Source: Candidatus Iainarchaeum sp. (lineage in GTDB: Archaea; Iainarchaeota; Iainarchaeia; Iainarchaeales; GCA-2688035). Taken from it: 22,547 nt of DNA. The number at the start of each line of letters is the position of its first letter. Positions within the stretch are counted from its first letter, which is position 1. Positions 1 through 7,200 of the stretch are shown piece after piece. Where the stretch lies: NCBI GenBank assembly GCA_017610205.1, contig JAFCCL010000014.1, forward strand, positions 1-22,547. The letters run 5' to 3'. A program made the translations under genes and the position numbers. Below the pieces are notes generated by a model. That model was not told the DNA's origin, did no database searches, and saw only the letters and a program-made list of their open reading frames with translations.

Positions 1-70
1 AAACACTCAACTCACCCAACTGCATTTGTTTTATAATCCATTTAACCTTTTTCTTATTCAGCTTCCTCAT
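1..70 (-). CDS. Transposase N-terminus (IS481-like), partial
   Basis: ATG at 70 on the minus strand reads MRKLNKKKVKWIIKQMQLGELSV..., resembling the N-terminal HTH start of archaeal IS481-type transposases. It runs off the window and is not in the ORF track. Confidence 0.65.
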   Translation of the reverse strand, partial: MRKLNKKKVKWIIKQMQLGELSV

Positions 71-137
71 ATAGATTACCAAATCTACTGAGGAAGCTAC
101 TTCTTTTCTAGAGAAGAACATATTTCGGGACAGGACA
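1..137 (-). mobile_element. End of an IS481-family-like (ISA0963-type) insertion sequence, truncated by the window edge
   Basis: The minus strand starts TGTCCTGTCCCGAAATATGTTC at 137, matching the 5'-TGT terminus of IS481 elements. A transposase-like ORF begins 67 nt inside. A truncated host ORF resumes exactly at 138. Confidence 0.7.
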
Positions 138-269
138 GTTCAGGGAAGCTGCCAAAAGTTTAAAAACCCTGACCCGTTGTTTGTGGCAGGCATTGTTATA
201 ATTGCAATCATGTTGCTTTCAATTGCCTTGATTTACAAGTCAAGGAGAGGAAAGAAAGGCAGGGCATAA
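138..269 (+). pseudogene. C-terminal remnant of a membrane-anchored protein interrupted by the IS
   Basis: Reads VQGSCQKFKNPDPLFVAGIVIIAIMLLSIALIYKSRRGKKGRA* (TM helix plus basic tail). The 5' part is replaced by the IS end. Confidence 0.6.
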
Positions 270-314
270 AAAAACAATTAAAAAGAGCAAAAACCTAATA
301 ATAACGGGTTTTTA

Positions 315-869
315 ATGAACAAAAAAGCGCAAGCCAAACTTTCACCAAGTTTTACAAAAGACGACGCTGTTAAGACAGGAAGGTTTCTTGCGTTTTTTAT
401 TATTGTTTACCTGGCATTGTCAATTTCAATCAGGTTTTTTGCTCCAATTATTGTAATAGAGCAGTGGGTTGCTGAAAACGTTTTGGCATTTCTCCAGTTT
501 TTAGGGCACAATGGTTATGTGGCCTTGGGTGAAACCGCTGTAATTCACCTTGAAGGCGGGCAGGCAATTGAAATAAGCGAGCTTTGCACTGGTTTAATGG
601 AAACATTGATTATTGCAAGTGCAATAATTGCATCTGCAGGAATTGACTGGAGGAAAAGGCTTTTTGGCTCTGTTTCAGCAGGGCTTGCAACAATTGTCCT
701 CAATTATGCAAGAATTGTCTTTACAACTTTATTAATTGTTGGCACAGCAGACCTTGCGCTAATTTCGTTCACCCACAACATTTTGTTCAGGGCATTTCTT
801 TTAATTTCAATTGCAGGAATGTACATGCTTTGGTTTTGGTGGGCTGTAAAGGAGCCAAGGACTCTGTAA
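315..869 (+). CDS. Archaeosortase/exosortase family protein
   Basis: Multi-TM protein with the family's Cys (ISELCTG), Arg (LNYARI) and His (FTHN) catalytic motifs. Confidence 0.85.
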   Translation: MNKKAQAKLSPSFTKDDAVKTGRFLAFFIIVYLALSISIRFFAPIIVIEQWVAENVLAFLQFLGHNGYVALGETAVIHLEGGQAIEISELCTGLMETLIIASAIIASAGIDWRKRLFGSVSAGLATIVLNYARIVFTTLLIVGTADLALISFTHNILFRAFLLISIAGMYMLWFWWAVKEPRTL

Positions 870-899
870 AAATCCTTTACAAATAAGGCCAAATAGGCG

Positions 900-960
900 T
901 TTGGATTGCACTCATGGCCATCGTCAGATCATCATCAGAAAGTATTAAGGGTAATCCAAA
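900..960 (-). ncRNA. Candidate C/D-box-like guide sRNA (copy 1)
   Basis: Minus strand: ATGATGA (C box, 935-929), 13-nt spacer, ATGA (D-like, 915-912), inside a terminal stem TTTGGATT/AATCCAAA. The spacer is antisense to CAUGGCCRUCGUCAG, a conserved 16S rRNA segment. Confidence 0.5.
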
Positions 961-1011
961 AAGGGTTTAAAGAATAAGGGTAGTCAAATTTTGACAAAAA
1001 AAGGACTCAAG

Positions 1012-1025
1012 AAAAGTTTATTAAG
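1012..1025 (+). promoter_or_regulatory. BRE/TATA promoter of the NYN1 transcript
   Basis: AAAAGTTTATTAAG lies about 25 nt upstream of the structured leader starting near 1048. Confidence 0.45.
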
Positions 1026-1047
1026 TTCCCTGCTTAACAATATATTG

Positions 1048-1120
1048 TATTATCTCCCTGCCTTTGCTTCGGCAACGGCAGGTTTATTATCTCCAGGGGA
1101 TTGTTCAAAACAATCCCTTG
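1048..1120 (+). ncRNA. Structured 5' leader or sRNA upstream of NYN1: two (TATTATCTCC + hairpin) units
   Basis: TATTATCTCC occurs at 1048-1057 and 1085-1094. Hairpin 1 is CCTGCC-T-TTGC[TTCG]GCAA-C-GGCAGG (1057-1082). Hairpin 2 is CAGGGGATTGTT[CAA]AACAATCCCTTG (1094-1120). Confidence 0.6.
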
Positions 1121-1135
1121 CTTACGGTTTTTCTA

Positions 1136-1678
1136 ATGCGTTTAAAGAAAGAGAAAATCATAGTTTTCATTGATGGAAGCAACCTTTACCATGATTTAGT
1201 AAAGAACTTTGGAAAGGCAAAGCTGGACTTCAAGGCCTTTGCCGACTTTTTGGCTGGCAAAAACAAGCTTGTGCAAGTCTATTATTATAATGCTCCACTC
1301 AATCAAAAAGACAATCCCTCCGCCTACCAAAGCCAACAGCGCTTTTTCTCCTCCCTTAGAAAGATTCCAAGATTTGAGGTCAAGCTAGGTCGGCTTGAGA
1401 AAAGGCCAAAAAGCCCTCCTGTCGAGAAAGGTGTTGACGTTAGAATTGCTGTTGACATCGTTACTCACGCCTACTCCAACATTTATGATATTGGCGTCGT
1501 TGTTTCAGGCGACGCTGACTTTGTTCCGGCAATAAAGACAGTGCAAGACTTTGGCAAAAAAATAGTAAACGTCTGTTTCCCAAAAACCAAGTCATTCCAC
1601 TTAAACCAAATTTGCAACGAAACGATAACAATTGACAAAGAGGCTTTTGACAAAATTTGCTGGAAAAAGAGGGATTGA
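1136..1678 (+). CDS. NYN domain (LabA/DUF88, PIN-like) ribonuclease
   Basis: Motifs VFIDGSNLYH, YYYNAP, EKGVDVRIAVD and VSGDADFVP. ATG 1136 is preferred over TTG 1064, which lies inside the hairpin. Confidence 0.9.
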   Translation: MRLKKEKIIVFIDGSNLYHDLVKNFGKAKLDFKAFADFLAGKNKLVQVYYYNAPLNQKDNPSAYQSQQRFFSSLRKIPRFEVKLGRLEKRPKSPPVEKGVDVRIAVDIVTHAYSNIYDIGVVVSGDADFVPAIKTVQDFGKKIVNVCFPKTKSFHLNQICNETITIDKEAFDKICWKKRD

Positions 1679-1707
1679 AAATAATAAAAGAATTTGGAAA
1701 GTTTTGA

Positions 1708-2219
1708 ATGAGTGGACTGAAGAGAGCTGAAAGATTAAAGCTAGCAGAAAAAAAACCTGAAGGGCTTTCTTGTAAAAGCAAAGACCAAAACTTATGCAGG
1801 TAACAGCAAAGAGGTTGCCCCTCAAAGACAAGGTTTCAAAGAACTGGAATTCAGGGAAGGTAACTGGCATTATAGGGATAGCTATGCTGGTTTTTTTATG
1901 GCGCCTGGTCAAGAAGTTGTTTACTTCAACGACAAACCTTTTTGGGCAATGGCTTATGCCGGAGGAATGCTACCACAATACAGGGAAGACAAAGAGTTTG
2001 CTTCAAAAACATTTTCTTTTCTAAAAAAAGCTTTGTTACAGGTAAAAAAAAACAAGACCGTTCAGAGGCCCAGAAAATTTTAAAGAAGCGGGATGGGAAT
2101 ACAAGGACTCAAGTGAAGGCACTATAACAGACTTCAAAGGAACAGAACAAATATACTATCAAGGAAAAGAGGTCTTTAGGCAAAACTATGTTGGAGGCCT
2201 CATAGAACACAAAACATAA
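1708..2219 (+). pseudogene. DUF5680-like protein with two +1 frameshifts in A-runs
   Basis: Removing one A from A8 (1748-1755) and one from A9 (2044-2052) gives ...FLVKAKTKTYAG...YRDSYAGFFMAPGQEVVYFNDKPFWAMAYAGG...FLKKAL...RPFRGP...FKGTEQIYYQGKEVFRQNYVGGLI...*. The 5' start is uncertain. Confidence 0.7.
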
Positions 2220-2263
2220 GAATAAAAAATAGGCCCAAAAAATTTTCAACGAAAAAAAAGTAT

Positions 2264-2314
2264 ATTACCCTGAGCACATCAGGCTAATTGTCAAATCATC
2301 ATCGGCAAGGCAAT
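2264..2314 (-). ncRNA. Candidate C/D-box-like sRNA (copy 2, related to 900-960)
   Basis: Minus strand: ATTGCCTTG-ccg-ATGATGA-tttgacaattagc-CTGA-tgtgct-CAGGGTAAT. It has perfect C and D boxes and a 9-bp terminal stem with two G-U pairs that form only on the minus strand. Confidence 0.45.
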
Positions 2315-2437
2315 CATATATTATTCGGATTTGTTTGGGCAAAGCATAAAAAGGCGATTTTTTTATAAACTACTAGGCATTTCTACACCGACTTAGTCAA
2401 GAAAAGGTTTAAATAATTGAAGAATGTTATTTAGTCA

Positions 2438-3013
2438 ATGGATTTAATGAATGATATTTTTCCAAAAGTAAGGCTTCCAATAATAGCACTTATTGTGCTG
2501 TATTATTTACAAATTGTTCTCATTACAGCCCTTGACAGTTTTACCACAATACAGTTTGACACAAACTTTAACATCACTGTATTAACCGCCATAAATCTTA
2601 CGTTCACAGTATGTGCCTGGATAGTAATTGCGTGGGCTGGATTAAAAACAGCAAAGGCAACAGAAGGCGGGCCAATTGACGGAGCTTTTGGAGGCGCAAT
2701 GGCGGCAGTAATTGCAGGACTTTTTGTAAGAATTGTTGCATTGCTTTTTTCAATCAGCAGCCTTCCAGTACTAATAGCATACTCACCAATAGGTCCAGCC
2801 GGAGGATTTGCAGGAGGCGTTGTCGGAATATTTTTTGGAATTGTTGCAGTAATTCTTGGGTTCTTTGTTGACCTGATTTTTGGAGCAGGCCTTGGATTCC
2901 TTGGAGCAATGGCACACAAGGCAAGCCCTAAAATTTTTGAAGGCTATGGCCTTGCAACTGCAAAGATTACAGAAGCAAAAGTTTTTAAGAAAAAGAAGAG
3001 AAGAAAAAGGTAA
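2438..3013 (+). CDS. Integral membrane protein, about 4 Gly/Ala-rich TM helices, basic C-tail
   Basis: Hydrophobic segments with GxxxG patterns, ending KKKKRRKR. AAAAGGTTTAAATA promoter lies about 25 nt upstream of the ATG (leaderless). Confidence 0.8.
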   Translation: MDLMNDIFPKVRLPIIALIVLYYLQIVLITALDSFTTIQFDTNFNITVLTAINLTFTVCAWIVIAWAGLKTAKATEGGPIDGAFGGAMAAVIAGLFVRIVALLFSISSLPVLIAYSPIGPAGGFAGGVVGIFFGIVAVILGFFVDLIFGAGLGFLGAMAHKASPKIFEGYGLATAKITEAKVFKKKKRRKR

Positions 3014-3032
3014 CAGGGGATATCACTGTGCA

Positions 3033-3125
3033 AGGGCAAAAGTAGGGCAAAGAAAAGGTGCAAGAAAAGGGGCTTTGGGGGAGGCGTTTTCCGAAGCATT
3101 AAAGACTTGGATTAAGAAAAAGTAG
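3033..3125 (+). pseudogene. Remnant of a small ribbon-helix-helix-like protein
   Basis: RAKVGQRKGARKGALGEAFSEALKTWIKKK* resembles the C-terminal half of small archaeal RHH-type proteins. No start codon of its own. Confidence 0.4.
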
Positions 3126-3229
3126 GCTTATTACTGCTTCTGTATATATCTATAAATAAAACAAGAATAAGCCAAAAGGCTGTAATAAGACTTATAAAGG
3201 ATAATGACCTAAGAAATGACTATAAAGTC

Positions 3230-3271
3230 CCTAGTATGGTTCCAGAGGTTCGCCTCTGGGGCAATGCTGGG
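3230..3271 (+). ncRNA. Long UUCG-capped hairpin upstream of NYN2
   Basis: CCTAGTAT-G-GTTCCAGAGG[TTCG]CCTCTGGGGC-A-ATGCTGGG forms 18 bp with one mismatch. G-U pairs favour the plus strand. TATA-like CTTATAAA at 3191-3198. Confidence 0.6.
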
Positions 3272-3304
3272 AAACTGCATTAGTCTATTTTTTGATGTGA
3301 TTTT

Positions 3305-3955
3305 TTGCCTATTAAAGCGATTGGATTTGTTGATGGAAATAATTTTTACCACAACACGAAGAAAAATGGATTGAACTACAAACAAGCAGACTTTTCTGAA
3401 ATGGTAAAATATGTTTGCAGTAAGAAAGATTAGGAGTATAAAGGATTTTATTATTACAATTCTATTCCAGACCAACGTGAAAATAAAATCACATACTTTA
3501 AACAACTTTCTTATTTTGACCAAGTAAAGAATATGGATAAAAATTTAGACACAATTATAAGGAAACTTCGATATGCTTCAGATAGGGAAATATTAAACGA
3601 ACTCACCAAACGCAAAGAAACGTTAGGCTCGTTGAATTTGTGCAAAGACTGTATGGTAAAAATCAAACCTTGTTGTTATGATTGTGTAATGAAAAAAAGC
3701 GCGAGAGAGAAAGGAATTGATGTTAAGATTGCAATTGAAATCGTACAAAAAGCTTTGGCTGATGAATATGACGCCTGTGTTTTAATTTCGGGAGATTCAG
3801 ATTTTGTTCCAGCATTACAATTGATTGAAGAACGTGGGAAGAAAGCATTTAGTTTATTTATGCGGTGTAGAGGGTATTCTTGGGAACTAAGAAATAACAT
3901 AGAGTTTCATGCAATAAAAAATAAAGATTTTACAAATTTCTTACCATCTGACTAA
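3305..3955 (+). pseudogene. NYN domain nuclease with Cys-rich insert, interrupted by an in-frame TAG at 3431-3433
   Basis: From TTG 3305: MPIKAIGFVDGNNFYH...CSKKD*EYKGFYYYNS..., continuing in frame into the 3533 ORF (CKDC...CCYDC, EKGIDVKIA, LISGDSDFVP). Confidence 0.8.
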
Positions 3956-4001
3956 TCAGCCTTTTATGCAAACCCTACTTTTCATCAGCCTTCAATGCAA
4001 A
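3955..4001. repeat. 18-bp imperfect direct repeat ATCAGCCTTnnATGCAAA
   Basis: Copies at 3955-3972 and 3984-4001, 16/18 identical. Confidence 0.6.
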
Positions 4002-4117
4002 AGAACCAATATATACTACTTTAATATATTAGTTTGCGTTTTTCTTATTTAATGCCTTAAAATGGCAAAACAGGTTTATTTTTTGGTTGTATAAAGATTA
4101 ATATAGTATTGAAGAGA

Positions 4118-4189
4118 AAATTAATTAGGCAATTAATGCAAACAAAGGAAATTGAAATTAATCAGGCAATTAATGCAAAATTAAGCAGG
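4118..4189. repeat. 25-bp direct repeat in the leader of the giant gene
   Basis: AAATTAATYAGGCAATTAATGCAAA at 4118-4142 and 4155-4179 (24/25), plus a partial third copy at 4178-4189. Confidence 0.8.
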
Positions 4190-4203
4190 GGCAAGTGAAG
4201 TAA

Positions 4204-7200
4204 ATGTTTTCGGAAAAACTTGGCGGAATTTATTCAGCGCTTGAAGAAAAGTATTATGCGGTTCTTGACTTTTTGGACGCAAAAGGCGTTCCTGTTTATG
4301 CCTACAATGATGCATTGGAGGAAAGGGGTTTGCCTGCTTTTCCCATAACAATTGCGTTGATGGTAATTTTAATTGCAGGAATTTACGGCATTGTTTTTGC
4401 AGGAACCGGATTAAACCCTGCAATTGAAATCAGCTTTGAAGACCAGTTTAATGAAAGCGTATCAGGGGTTGCAGTAACTGTAAAAGATTCTTTTGGAACG
4501 GTTTTGTTTGGGCCTGAAAAAATTACCAATGGCGAAACAATCAGACCGCAAAGAATTCCGATTGGAACAGAAATTGTAATTGTTTCCGAAAAGTTGGGAT
4601 TTGATGAATCGGAAAAAAGAATTACTGTTAAAAGAAATGAAATCAGCACAAGCATTCAAATGCAAAGGCAAATTAGTGCAATTGATTCAAAGGTTCAGCT
4701 TTTAGACCAGGCAACAGGAGACCCTGTAAGGGGAGCTTCTGTTTCACTTGAATGGCAGGGTTCAACAAAAAATGCTGTCAGCGATAATGAGGGAAAGGCA
4801 AGCTTTGCAGGTGTCCCTGAAAACACTGAAGTGTTTTTGACAGTGCTGGCAGACGGATACGAAACCCTTTCTGCAAGCTATTCATTTAAGGAAAATGAGT
4901 TGAAGGGAATAAGCCTTGTTGGAAACAGTGCAAGCTTTTTGGGAAATTCAAACATAGTTGTAAGCGTCTTTGACGAAACAGGGCAGCCTATTAGCGGTGC
5001 AAAAATAGTTGTAATGGACAGGGAAACCGACACCAGCATTGATGAAAGAACAATTGAGGGAAACGAAGCAATTTTTTCAATTGCCAGAGGTTCAAGCATA
5101 AGGCTTGTTGTTGAAAAGGACGGATTTTTAAGATATGATTCAATGGAATTTGACGAAGGCAGAACTTTGAGACAGGATGAAGAGCTCTGGCCGGTTACAC
5201 TGAATGTAGGCGGAACAAGACTTGCTGTTAGCATATTTGTCGGACAAAATCCGTTGAGTGACGCCATAATTCAATTGTTTGACGTCAATGGAAATTTTGT
5301 TGGCATGAAAACAACAGGATTTGGCGGAAGCGTTGAATTCAACGGGCTTGAACCAAAAGAATATTTTGCCACAGGATACAAACAGGGCTTTTTGCCAATG
5401 TGGAAAAAAATCAATGTTGCAGAAATTGAAAACACAAGCCTTTTCATTGAATCAGCCGACAATTCAAACAGTTCATACCTTGGAATTTCTGTTCTTGATT
5501 CATTTAAGTCAATGGCAAACAATGCAGATGTTACATTTAAAGAAAGAATTGAAGGCAGCGAATACCCGCTTGGAATTCCTTCAATTAAAACAGACATAAG
5601 CGGCTATGCAAGCATTGTTGCAAAAACCGGAACGATGGTTATTGTTGAAGCAAAAAAAGAAGGAGAAGAAGGCATTGGAGAAAAACTCATTGAAGCAAAC
5701 AAAGACAACCAGCTTATTATAGAACTTACAAAGCCGTTTGGAATTGTAAAACTTGAAGTGTTTGACGCTCAAGGAAATAAGGCAGCAGGACACATAGTAA
5801 TTGAAAGTGTTAGCGGAACGCTTTTGTTTGACGGAAACCTTTTTGATGGAAGCGTTTTCTTTGACAACGAAGGCAACACCGAAGCCGTTGTAAATATTGA
5901 AACCGATTCAGGCAAAACCTTTTCACAAAGAATAAATGTACAGGGACAAGAAACAGCAGTAATAAACCTTGGAGAAATTTCAACAAAAATTACGCCAACA
6001 ATAGAATTTGTCGGAATTTTTGACAGCGAAAATTTTCCAGTTGAAGGAATTGCAAAAGGAGAAGATTACTGGCTTGCATTTCAAAGCACCTGGCCAACCG
6101 GAGTTGAAAAAGGCGGAGTGCACGTAAGAATCGGAGCAGACGGAATTGCATTTGTGGATTCACAGGAAGAATGGGTAACAGGATTTGAAGCCACAACATC
6201 AAATTATTTTTACGGAAAAAGCTACCAGCCACTGCCGGCTCCAGGAAACGAAACAGCAGATATGCAAAACTCAGGAATTGCAGGACAGGAAAACAAGTTT
6301 GTAGAATTATACTTTGAAGAGCCAGAAAACACTGTTGCATTCAGGGTAAAGGTTTCATCAAATTACCTCATTTCAAAAGACAGCATTGAACTGCATTACA
6401 GAGCATGGACAGAAGCAGGCGGAAAAATATTCAGAGAACCAACTGACACAGAGCTTGGCGAAAAAATGTTTACAGATACAAAAACAGGACTTTATGCAAA
6501 CACAATTAATGAACAAATTCAGGTTTTTGCAGCAAAACCAGAATGCGAAAATGAATTATGCGGAGCCTACTTCTTTGTGCTTCCAAACGGACTCTACATT
6601 GACAAACAGGATTTCAAAGCAGTTACCGACGAACTTTACGCACTTGAAATTGACCTGAGCTCAAACAAGCCATTGAGCGTTACACTAAAACTTGACACAG
6701 ACAAAGCCTTGCCAAAACTACAATTCACAGGATACGACGTTGACGAATTTGTAGACCAGCAGGAAGGAGAATTAATGCCGCCTGAAACAGACCTTTCAGG
6801 ACAAGGATATCTTGAAGTTGGCGAAGTGAACTGGGAATTGCAGGAAAGCACAAACCCACTTGGATTCACCCAAGGAGGAGAAAGCACTTCGCTGACAATT
6901 AGCGCTTTGGGCGTAAGCCCTGAAAGGCCAAGAAAGGTAAGAGTATATTTTAAAGCAGTAGGGGAAGGCTCTGCTGAAATAAAAATGCAGGCAATTGGAG
7001 AAAGCGTTTTGGACGAAAGCTTTATTTTTGAAATTGAAAGAAACAAGCCATTGCTTGTAAGAATTACCCCAAGCAGTCCGCAAATAGGAGAAGCTTTTAC
7101 AGTAAAGGTTTTGGACGGAGAAGACGGAAGTGCAGTGCAGGAAGCTGTTGTGCAGGTAAAAGATTCAGCCGGCAAAATTGTTGCCTCAGTTATTGGAAAA

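Noticed and set aside
900-960. Hammerhead ribozyme or fluoride riboswitch (CUGAUGA motif)
   Set aside because: No downstream GAAA/stem II-III core for a hammerhead, and the GAUGG and CUGAUGA elements are in the wrong order for the crcB motif.
1064-1135. N-terminal extension of NYN1 from TTG 1064, and ORF 991-1173
   Set aside because: These overlap the promoter and RNA hairpins; the NYN domain starts right after ATG 1136.
72-3433. TAG recoding (pyrrolysine or alternative code) suggested by in-frame TAGs at 72 and 3431
   Set aside because: The TAG at 72 lies inside the IS, not in a host gene. TAG is the apparent normal stop of genes ending at 12681 and 13018.
4118-4189. Mini CRISPR array
   Set aside because: Only two full 25-bp copies with a 12-nt gap, too short for a spacer, and no cas genes in the window.
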